A stretch of 63,925 bases of DNA, filler included, from Gonapodya sp. JEL0774 (lineage: Eukaryota): assembly GCA_027604505.1 (NCBI GenBank). It is 5 parts of 5 records of this genome, joined end to end, with 100 filler letters (N's around TTAATTAATTAA, not from the genome) between each part and the next. Parts side by side here need not be neighbours in the genome. Positions count along the whole stretch, not along the records: positions 1 to 13,629 come from JADIIX010000324.1; 4 more parts are not named here. The stretch is one strand, 5' to 3'. The position numbers and the translations under genes were made by a program. A model generated the notes under the pieces. It was not told the origin of the DNA. It searched no databases and saw only the letters and a list, made by a program, of their open reading frames with translations. Positions 1 through 10,229 of the stretch are shown here, piece after piece (position 1 is the stretch's first letter; each line of letters opens with the position of its first letter).

Positions 1-2048
1 TTGCCGGTAGACAGAAATTGGTCACCGACATGTACGGTCTCCTCTCCTTCTATACCCAGCCAAGTCCGAAGGATATTGACACCTATCAGCTTGTTCCCTA
101 CGTCAACCCATACATCGTTGCCGCCATTGAAGGCACAAAACGGAATTGCTGGAAGTTTCGTTATGGTTTTGCCGAATGACGGGACCGATGAAGATTGGGC
201 GGTCGGCTCATGTTCAACGGAATCGGCACTCGCACCACGAGATGGTGCGTGAGATCCCGCCCCAGCAAGCAAGCGCTCATAGTGTTGAAAATGAGCGATC
301 CGCTCTTTGACTGACTATCGATGCCAGGTGATGTCGGGAAAAGCGCGAATGATCTGAGCTGGTGCTGAATATCCATCTCGAGTCGGTTTCAGAACATACC
401 AGCACAAACTCATCCCACTGCTCTCGCGTGAGTTTCTTAGACCCTTCAATCGGGACAATGCCGACCGCTCGCTCTTTACGAAGGATCCTTGTCCGGCCTT
501 TGAGGTTCATTTCGTGCTGGGTCTCTGCGAGGCACTGTTCGGCTACATCGAGAAGTGAAGAGATGCGGGAGGCGTTACCAGGATGAAGTGAAAAGGAGAG
601 TGGGTTGCTGATATCGGAGGGTAGGTAGGTGTTTGGTTGGAGATAGGAAAGGCGACCAGTCGTAGGTGAAAATGTATGCAAATAGTTGCATTCACCACCT
701 GTTCATGGATTACCAGCTAATCAGTGGCCCATTAATCTCAACTCGCTCTCATGGCGATTACGACATACCAAATACGAAGAATCGACCCCCTTGTTGCTGT
801 CCATCTCCCACCCCAGCCGCAGAGAGACCTTCAAGGAGTCCGGCCAAACGTTTCTCGTACCTCCGCACACCATCGTCTCCTGCATACCCGGCGGCTGTGA
901 CGATTGCGACGTTGACGCCCCGTTTCAGAAGGGTGCTCAGAAGCACGACCATGCGCGAGTCCTTTGGGAACTCGCCACCATCATCGTAAAGTGTCATATC
1001 TCCGTCAAAAGTGATGAGTTTAAGAGTTCGGGCGATAGCACGAACTTGAGCAGTATTCAGAATGTGGCGAATATCGTTGAATGAGGGTGTGACATGACGG
1101 CGGGAGGAAATGGACCGTAGCTCATTTTGATAAAGGAATGCGGCCCGAAGCTCTAGCGGGGTAAAAAATCTGATAGGTTGAGTCTTGAGACATATGCGTC
1201 AAGTCTTCCCGGTCTGATAAACATCATGAACATACATTCCGACGGAGGGTACGAGTTGGGATAACCTCGAGAGCTCAGGACTTCCTCTAACCGTGTACTT
1301 CCCCAAACATCATGAAAGTTACGTGAGCTTCGCTAAAGAAAATCCTCCCGGAGGTCATTTTCGACTTACCGCCCGGTGCTCATCAATCAGCTGCTCCATC
1401 AATGAGAAGATTTCAGCGTATCGTTCGAGGATGTCTCTGGTCTTGGGTTGGGGAGAGTAAGAACGCTTGCGACCGGCCTTGTTCACTGCGATTGCAGCCA
1501 CGGCGGCTCTGGTAATCGAAGTCGGGGCTGTTTTGAGACCAAACTTGACGAATACTTTTTGAGCCGATGATCTGGCAGTACCCACGGGCCCACTTCATCT
1601 CGCAAAGCAGATGTTCCATTACTCGACGATGGAATCCCTAACGCAGGAGAGCCTGGTATGCTGGCGTTCCGCGAGAGGTTGATTCTGTCTATTTCATCGA
1701 CGTCCAACTGTGTGAGGTCAACCAAAGAGCCCAAAGACGGTCCAGAGCTCTTGATGTGCAATACAAAGGGTGTTCTTTTCCATAACGTGTTTATAGTGTG
1801 AACGTCCACGACCGCCCCGCAGTTAGAAAGACTTGTGTGCGCCTAAGAGTCATCCAGCATGCGAATCTCACTTGAGAAGACCCTTCACGAAGTCAATAAG
1901 ACCATCACGTCTATTTTCAAGAGCACAATCGTACTCAGTCAGTTCAGATGCTGGGGATCATACGGGCAAATAGGAATCTAGAGACCTAGCTAATTACCAC
2001 TCACCTGTGTGCTTTCAATGCATAGGTCACTTCGTATCGCGATGACAT
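1..2048 (-). CDS. ISN1: IMP-specific 5'-nucleotidase (multi-exon; 3' end runs off the window)
   Basis: Exon 1 MSSRYEVTYALKAHR (ATG at 2048), next exon DGLIDFVKGLL, then TLYDDG, VAIVTAAGY, FNGGNDVWVDVGNK and HVGDQFLSTGN, all matching the yeast Isn1 motif order. Confidence 0.92.
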
Positions 2049-2375
2049 AGTCGTTTGCGAAGTATTCGTCTTGGCAGCGTTGCGATTTGGAAAATGGTGA
2101 TGCCTGACTTCATTCACTAACCTGCAGCCAGCCACCTGGTTGCCATGTACAGAACGTACCCTCTCATGGAATCGTCTGGAATTCGCGCCCGCCGGTCCCC
2201 ATACAAGTCTACCGTTGATGTTGAGCTTACTTACCCGGCGTTTCAAATAGTGATTCTCTAGAGTTCAAGGCGGCGCTTCAACGCGGCGTTGAACCGATAG
2301 CTTTTGGGGGTTTCATGTGTGGTAACATCAAACTCCCATCTGTGTCACAGCTCATTCTGTTTGTTTTCTTGGCAG

Positions 2376-4803
2376 CCTGCCGTCTATGATCCCAGGGTTC
2401 CTCCGTCGTACTCGTCCCTTTGTACAACATGTACACCTACAAACCCAGCGGAGGAGGCCCTCCCGTCTCCTTCACCCGCGCCTAGTACCGAAAGTGCACC
2501 CCCCAGACGCGTGTTTTTTGATCTTCCCGAAGGAATAAAGCCATGGGCTCCTCCTATCCGGGAAAATGAAGACCGTCCTCCTGCGGATGGTGAAGCTCTG
2601 CTGAGCATGAGAGAGAACCTCGACTTCATTGGCGAAAGTAATTTCTACGTTCCAAATGAAGTTGATGACGGGGACAACACGTGGGTATCCTTACTTCAAA
2701 ACTCAAGCATGACTCTCAAGTTTTGAATGACTCTTTTTGCAAGCGACTCGTACAACAACGTGCGAAAGCTGATATTCAGCCAAGCGATTCGTCAGAATAT
2801 CGACCGTCTGGAGGCTCGGCATATCAACTTCAGTGATGTGGTAGACGCAGACGATGGTGCTTTTGATGCCCACGTTCGCGAAGAGTTGGCAGCCGAATTA
2901 GCGGAATCAGACTACTTCAGGTTGTGCATTTTTGTTGTCATCCTGGCCAACTCCGTTCTTATCGCACTCCAGACGGACCCTCAACTGGTAGGAGTATCTC
3001 GGACTCCTACAATTAAATCCCAGAAATTGCTGATCCGCTCTTTCACTCACCTCTTGCAGACGACCAAGTATGGCCACATCTTTCAAATTATTGACCAGGG
3101 CTTCATCGGAATATTCGTGATGGAGATACTTTTCAAGTGGTACGTCGACTTCTGGGGCTTTTGGAAGTCCGGATGGCATTGGTTCGACTTTGTGCTTGTA
3201 GCGGCGAGTTTGGCGGGAGGAAGTAAGTCGTAACTGCTTTTTGCAGGTGATATCAAAGCTAGTCTTACGCGATGTGATTCATAATAGCGCTTGCCGTGGC
3301 AAGTAACGGTCGTATTCTCCGCATCCTTCGTGTTCTTCGGGCACTACGTAGCTTGCGGAGTTTAGCTTTTCTCAGAGGTTTGCAAATGATTGTTCAGACG
3401 GTCGTTGACTCTCTTTCGGGTATGTGCTTGACTTTGTCCGATTTAGATAACTCTGACATGGACGTAAAATCGCTTGATGCCCCTTTTCTGACTTCTGTTT
3501 CCAAGACATGGTGAACATTGTCTTCTTGCTACTCATTGTCATGTTTATCTTTGCTGTCTTGGGTACTACCCTCTTTTCCGAAATTGACCCATCGAGCTGG
3601 TAAGCGGTTCGGGTCGGACTTTTTGTTGCTTAAAGCGACGGCGTCACTACAGACTGTTTAAGTGACCTTACAATGGACACTGGTCTGAATTAAATTTGCT
3701 ACAGGGGTGACCTCGGAGCTACAATGAACACATTGTTTGTTCTCATTACCCAGGACAGTTGGTGAGTAGTTCTCCTGACCAATTGTCCCTATAATTGTGA
3801 AGTTGCCTTGCGCTTCTCTTTTCCAAACATAACGTGTTGTGCCTTACTTTTCAATCCTCAGGGTGGAAACATTTGATACGCTTGAAGCTAAGGGACACTT
3901 TACTGCCGCGGCCGCATACTTTGGATGCTTTATAGTCGTTGGAGCGTTTGTTTTCTCGAACTTGATCGTGGCAGTAGTCGTGACAAACTTGGTGGGGACC
4001 AGTGCTGTCTGATTTCATGATTGACAAGTTCCACACAATCATCGGTCAATGAACAACATCTCTGAACACCCGATCACCCTCAAAGGAACACTCGTATAAA
4101 GAAGCAAAGAAGGCTGAGAAAGCTAAGCACCGGCAGTTACGATCCGAGGTGTCTACTGCTGGTCAAAAGCAAGGGGGCGACGGATCGAACGACGCCAGAA
4201 CGCAAAATTCCGGACGCCCTTCCGCCAAGAGTCAGCAAAAGCAGGTGGTACCGCCACCAGACGGGAATGATCCTGTGTGGAAGAGTCAGATCCCCTATGA
4301 GATTCCGGTGGGTTGACTTTCAGGGTAGGAAACCAGGATGAACGCTTCTAAAAGAGCAGGATTACCTTCGTACGATAAAGGATTTTGACAAGCTTTCCAA
4401 ATCCAAGCTCGATAACTACTTTCTCGTCCTCACCGTACTCGAGGAGAACATGCGAGAGTACCTTCAACTTAAAGAACAGCTTCAAGAAGTTCTTATGGAG
4501 CTGAAACTTGTCAATGGACCTCTCGCGGTACCCCAAGAAGAAGATGACGGTGACGACGACGATTTGAGCGGTTCTGATGATGGACGAGACGAGGTATGCG
4601 AGGAAGTGTTGTGCGACCTCGATTTTGAGTGCATATAAAGACAAAAGCTCACACATCGCACCGTTCCCGTAAAACAGGGCGGTGATGCACTCTCCCAATG
4701 GATGCGCAGTACGACAGGGAAGGGCAGCAAGGGTGACCTGAACAAAATATCTGATGTTCTGCGGGCCTCCAAAGATCTTAAAAGAAGCCGAGAATTGATC
4801 TGA
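2376..4803 (+). CDS. CATSPER4: CatSper4-like 6TM voltage-gated cation channel alpha subunit (about 10 exons; start codon not located)
   Basis: S1 FRLCIFVVILANSVLIALQTD; S2/S3 FVMEILFKWY..FWKSGWHWFDF; S4 RILRILRVLRALRSLRS; pore LITQDSW|VETF split by an intron; S6 VGAFVFSNLIVAVVVTNL; C-terminal coil LDNYFLVLTVLEENMREYLQLKEQL; TGA at 4801-4803. Confidence 0.85.
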
Positions 4804-4919
4804 TTCTACACATCATAGGTAATTTGTTGTGGAAAGGGCTTCGTGAATACATTTACTTGATGGTTGGTGTCTGGTTCGTGAGTCACGTGCCTCCCTAACA
4901 AGAAGACTCGGTTTCAAAG

Positions 4920-5732
4920 ATGCCAGCTGCCCTCCTTTCCATCAGTACACGACTCAAAAGCACCGATTCAGTCAGAAATCCCCAGACTGTCTTGGGAATC
5001 GCATCCTCCTCCGCTGGATCGATCAGATCCTCGGCATCGGCCGATACTTCCCGAAGCCCTCCACGCGCTGAACCTTCGAGTCCAACTGCAGAAAATGGAA
5101 GTGAGATGCTTCCTCAAAGTCCTACAGCAGTGTCCTATCGAGCCCGCCAGCCGAGCGGAACGGTAGGCCTCATACCGCGACGCAAACGCTCACTCAGCGC
5201 GCAAATCTGCCTCCAATCTGAGTTCTCTCACATGCTTGAGAGCGAGGCTTTCGGCGATACAGTGAAGTTTTCCTTCCCATCGTGCGACGATTTGCTCAAC
5301 TTCGTGGTGGCAATTTCTCCCGCTTCGGGACCTTTCAAGGGAGCAACGCTACGCTTTAGTTTCTCCACTCCCCTCACGTATCCCTTGGATCCACCTGCGG
5401 TTCGCTGCCTTCAGCGTGTGTATCATCCTAACATCGACCTCGAGGGGAAAATCTGCCTCGCTCTCCTCACAACAGATTGGCAATCCACACTCGACATCAA
5501 CGCCGTTGTCATTGGCGTGCAGCAATTGATGCTGGAACCTGACGCGGCGCATCCGTATAATATGGACGCGGCCAAGGTGATGGAGGAGGATCCAGAGGAG
5601 TTTGCAAAGCGGGTGGCGTGCTCGATGGAGGGAGGTGTGGTGGACGGTGTGAAGTACCAGAGGATCGTGGGAGAGGAGGCGGATTCCGTTGAGGCACCTG
5701 AGATGGTGCTCGGAAGCCAAGAGAACAAGTGA
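4920..5732 (+). CDS. UBC12: NEDD8-conjugating E2 (Ubc12/UBE2M)-like protein, divergent, intronless
   Basis: VYHPNIDLEGKICL with catalytic Cys (codon 5454-5456), DDLLNF, and the Ubc12-type C-terminus SMEGGVVDGVKYQRI. Confidence 0.8.
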   Translation: MPAALLSISTRLKSTDSVRNPQTVLGIASSSAGSIRSSASADTSRSPPRAEPSSPTAENGSEMLPQSPTAVSYRARQPSGTVGLIPRRKRSLSAQICLQSEFSHMLESEAFGDTVKFSFPSCDDLLNFVVAISPASGPFKGATLRFSFSTPLTYPLDPPAVRCLQRVYHPNIDLEGKICLALLTTDWQSTLDINAVVIGVQQLMLEPDAAHPYNMDAAKVMEEDPEEFAKRVACSMEGGVVDGVKYQRIVGEEADSVEAPEMVLGSQENK

Positions 5733-6105
5733 AGCTGTGAAGGTGAGCCCAACTCCGTTCCGTATTTCGAAATCCTGACCGATTCTCGTATCTTCACGAG
5801 AAAGAGCTTAAACCTTTCTCCTTAGAGCTCTTCGCACATCAATTCTGTGTCCGTGTACATAGCGCCGCGGTTTGCATTCCGCTGGGGAAAAGCGTTTCTA
5901 GGTGTGGAATCCTTTCATTCAAATTGCGTCTTTGACTGGGTGATTTCTATTTTTCTTTTCAGGATATTCAATTGTAAACGAACATTAGCTTCAAGCATGT
6001 AATCGTCAGTCTTCAGTAACAATGATGCACAGTTGTGGCTGTTTTGGGCAACACAACAGTACATACTGACGCCTCTCTCCAGACGTTCCATCCTTCCGAC
6101 CTTCA

Positions 6106-7872
6106 TTGATGACCCCGTTGTGTCCCTTGTCTCGCGCAATTGTTCCTATTTTGGCACACTGTTTTCATCTGCAATCGAACCTTCAATCCATCAATCATCT
6201 TGCTCCTCGAGCACTTTCTTCCTCTCGCTCTCTAACAAAAAAGTCTTCAAAATCAAGCCAAATTCCTGCACGCAACCCGAACCAAATCCCGCCTAAAAAG
6301 ATCGCTGATGTTACTTCGAATCGCCCCACTCATCCTTCAAAACTCCGTCCAATTCCCACAGATAAGCGGAACATTGCGCGGATAGCCAAGCTCGGGACGT
6401 CCTCGGACGCTCCCGCCCTTTCCCGCATTCTCCGACGCAAGGCAAAGAACCTCGCGGATGATGTCGCCCCCAGATTTGTCTCTTCGACAAAGCCGGGGTC
6501 CAGGAGGACCCAAGTAAAAGTCAAAGGGGAAGGATCAGGCGGAGACAGAGTCGCACGTACCCCGGGGAAGGCAAAAGTGTGGAAAATGATTGACAAGGCC
6601 AATGATATTCCGGAAGTGGAATCAGGCTGGAATGAAGTTGCCGTTCTCGGTGAGTTTGCACCAATCGTTGTCTTTGTACATGGGGTGTGACGTAGTACAA
6701 CGGACGCAACAGACGGGAGAAGGCCACTGCCAAAGGAGGCTTCTGGCTTTTCCTTTGTTAATACAAAGCGCAGCGCAAGTGAATGCAATGGAACTGCATC
6801 AACGAACAAACCGTGACATTTGGGATGCTTAAAGCTCCTCTCCGTTCCAGGCCGCTCGAACGTTGGAAAATCCTCTCTCCTGTCGTCCCTCCTCCAATCC
6901 TCCCTTCCCCGCGTGCGGTCTATCCCCGGCACAACGCGCTCGCTCGACATCTATCACATGCCTCTATCCCTTCCCGCACGACGCACCGCCGCCCCTGGCG
7001 TCATGGGTGTCGCCGTTGTGGACATGCCCGGGTACGGGTACGCTATTGGCGGGGATGGCGAGCGGGACAGACTGAGCGGATTGGTGTTGGGGTTTCTCAA
7101 GAAACGCGGCGAGTCGGTCAGAAAGTCGCGTCCGTGGGTGCAGAAAGAGGGCGACGAAGATAAGGAAAAAGGAAAGTGGGGTTTGAAGAGGGTTTTTGTG
7201 GTGCTGGACGCAAGACATGGGATAAAGGCGAATGACGAGGAGGTGCTGAAGCAGCTTGAGAGGTGAGTTGTTTTCTTAGTTCGGTATGATAACGTTCCCA
7301 TATCTTCTAACCACTGCTTCACCCTGCGTTTCGATACCTATTTCTCCCATTCCGCTCGCCTTCCTCTCTTTCCCCGAATCTGCATTCAATCATCCATCAG
7401 TCTTCCCCTGAAGTACCAACTCATCCTCACTAAAACCGACCTCGTACCCTCTGCCACCCTCTCTCGTCTCCTGACGCACCTCACTGCCTTGCTCCCCACA
7501 CGCTTCCCGAGGTGCTCACTACCCATCCATCTCGCGTCTTCGCTGACTGGGGCCGGGATCCCCGAACTCAGACGTGATATCATGTACTTGGCGGGCGCGG
7601 GACGGACGGCAGTGGACTTGGCAGGGCGGAATGTGGACCCCCGCGATGGAAAGGTCTCGGAGAGGGAGCGCAGGTCGCGGAAGAGGATGGAGCGGCGGGT
7701 TAAGAGGGAGAGGGCAAAGAGGGCCGAGCAAGTGAGGGAGAGTATGGAAAAGAGGGAGACGAGGGAAGCGACGAGGGGGTTTAAGTTGGTGCCGAAGAAG
7801 GTACGGCGCGGTGCAGGTGAGCGAGGACCACAGACGCAAGGCATAGTCGTACGCAAGCGACTGACACGGTAG
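6106..7872 (+). CDS. engB: EngB/YihA-family ribosome-biogenesis GTPase (probably mitochondrial); start uncertain
   Basis: EVAVL|GRSNVGKSSLL (G1 across an intron), PGTTR (G2), DMPGYG (G3), LDARHG, LTKTD (G4), SSLTGAGIPELR; basic C-terminal tail. Confidence 0.88.
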
Positions 7873-8019
7873 AGTGGTATATGTGTACAAGCCGCACTGA
7901 CTTGATCTCCGTATTCGGCTATGACTATGCACGAGGGTGACAGAGTTCTCACGCATTGGACACATCTATGCCTCAAGGTCGTCAATTGACATAAGTGAAT
8001 AATATTAAATGTTTCTTTA

Positions 8020-9069
8020 TCACCCAATCTGAAACATGCTAAAATCCCCACATTTGGTAAATCCCACCTTCTCATACACTCGCCAAGCGCTCGCGTGTGG
8101 ATCTGCCATCAGCATTGCCGCAGAGACACCATCCTCCTCGAGGATCTCCCGCACTAGAGAAGACATTAAACGAGTCGAGGCGCCACGGTTGCGGAACTCG
8201 GGAGGAGTGTAAACCATCCCGATTCGAGGGACAAGTGGATGTGCAACCTTGCGGTGGAACGCCATGGACATTGGCGTACCGTCCTCAGTAAACAAAACGG
8301 CTTTCCTGATACCAGGATCTTTCAGAAGTTTATCAAACATGGTAAAGGGGTCTTGGGGCGCGGGAACACCGGTCTCCTTGATGAATTGGAGGTGCCAATC
8401 ATGAAGAACGGAAAGGTGACCAGCATCGGAGAGAAAAGACACACGAGAATCGCGTGCTGGGTACGATGGTGGAAGGGGCTTGAGTGGAGTTATCAAAATC
8501 GGACCCATTCTGATTTGTGCGGTGTGGGGAATCGAAACAGACCTTTGAGACTGAATATCCCACCATACTTTCCAGTTTCTTTCCTTCGCCTCCTTTCCCT
8601 ATCGCTGGCCATATACGTTTCAGCGTCTCGGCATCGCCAGCCTCCAACGTGAGAAATCTCCCCTGGAACAACGATAGTCCCACGTTGTCTTCGAGACCTT
8701 GAATAAGGACTGCAGCGTGCTCAGAATGCACCGGATGAGATATCAGGAGATGATCCGCAGGAGTTAAACTAACTGTGGAATCAAAAATCGAACACGGATG
8801 GTTTGGATGGTTTGGTTGCGGAGAAGACCCTGCGATTACGGCACCGATGCAACAGGATGCACCTTACCGAGCATCAGAACGGCTTCCCCGCTCTCCTCAA
8901 CAGCGCACGCCATAAATTTTGCATCGACGCCATCGCGCTCGATTCTGAGCAGTCCCAAGAGCATTTGGTTGTTCCTTATCACATCTTGTACGGCTAATGG
9001 ACGAGCGAGGGCGAGAAAATCGGGCGCTGATTGGGCGTCAAAGTGACGAAACTTGAGGCTGGACATCAT
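8020..9069 (-). CDS. GNAT acetyltransferase (bacterial FR47/COG3393-like), 3 exons
   Basis: RIGMVYTPPEFRNRGASTRLMSSL (acetyl-CoA motif A) and LMAD...RVYEKVGF; three same-strand ORFs can be joined by GT-AG introns. Confidence 0.8.
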
Positions 9070-9733
9070 GGCCTTGACGGGGGACTTTGTTTCATAACGT
9101 GTATTTTAATGTCAGGTGGTACAGCGGGAGGCGTGGGGTTGAGGGGGTGGAACGGTGGAACGGGTCCTCATGGACGAACGCTGGGCGAGATGAGCAACGC
9201 AAGCGGCACGGGCGTGCGTTATTTATTGTTAACTTTTGTCATTGTGAAAGACCAGGTACATCCCGCAGATGAAGTAGGACATGTCATATTGTTCTCAAAG
9301 AGATAGCCTTCGAAGAGAGCGGGAAGTTAGTTTCGAGTGAGACAGAGAGAGGCCGCCCGCTGTTCTGCCAAACATGGCCGCCGCGAATTCGGCAACACAT
9401 GTGCGCGCGACTGACGCAACCACCCACACACAGATTTTTGCGACCGAGCCGAGACCCAGGAGAGATCCGGATATTTCGCATAATTTCAAAGCTCTGTACA
9501 GATAGCGGGAAATTTAACACGGGCTGATCGATGACGTTGCAAAGTATTCAATTGCATATTGGCAATATCCGAAGATCTACAATGATGCACGAGCGATGCG
9601 ATATGTCCAGAAAAAAATACTTCTATATTCGTTCTCTCCCAAGTTCCATCCACGAACAAACTGCTGTCCCAATCATGATGAGTAATTGTATAAAGTTGAC
9701 GAGTGGTATCAGGAGGCGCCATCGGAACCCTCC

Positions 9734-10131
9734 TCAATGCAGAACACCCAAGCTGCTGTCGTACGGTACGACCATAAGCTTGGTGTGACACGATGGGCAT
9801 TTGTGTTGCTTGTCTTGGAGACCGCTGTTGTGAAAGTGGGAATTGCAGGATACAAGTTGGATTGGGAACTTGAGAAACTGATGGACGTAAACGCAAAGAC
9901 GAGCAATCCACTCACCCCATCACCAAGGGAACCCATGCGATAGGCCAAGCGCCGACAATGAACAGTGCACCGGCGGCGAGCCATGCCTGAATGATGGAGA
10001 ACACCGTGTTCAACCTTGATCGCGATCATGGATAACATCCTGGTTTTACTCACGGCAGTCGACGCTTTCTTCTTTAGCTGAGTATGTACTTGCTTGTTGC
10101 AAACAGGGCAGTGTACGAGCATTGATGCTGT
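9734..10131 (-). CDS. LITAF/SIMPLE zinc-ribbon membrane-associated protein (5' end may lie in the gap)
   Basis: HCPVCNKQVHT, hydrophobic AWLAAGALFIVGAWPIAWVPLVM, then spliced GLQDKQHKCPSCHTKL...LH-stop at 9734: the CxxC...HxCxxC LITAF architecture. Confidence 0.8.
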
Positions 10132-10229
10132 NNNNNNNNNNNNNNNNNNNNNNNNNNNNNNNNNNNNNNNNNNNNNNNNNNNNNNNNNNNNNNNNNNNNN
10201 NNNNNNNNNNNNNNNNNNNNNNNNNNNNN

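Noticed and set aside
2681..2743. GTATCCTT U12-type donor-like sequence in the first CatSper intron
   Set aside because: Only the upstream GTGGGT donor at 2681 keeps frame with the AAG acceptor at 2743, and no U12 branch point (TCCTTAAC) is visible.
4881..4890. Overlapping TGAGTCA and CACGTG motifs just upstream of the Ubc12-like ATG
   Set aside because: Short motifs expected by chance; no independent support.
9070..9733. Short overlapping ORFs between the GNAT and LITAF genes
   Set aside because: No motifs or consistent exon chain; likely UTR and promoter sequence.
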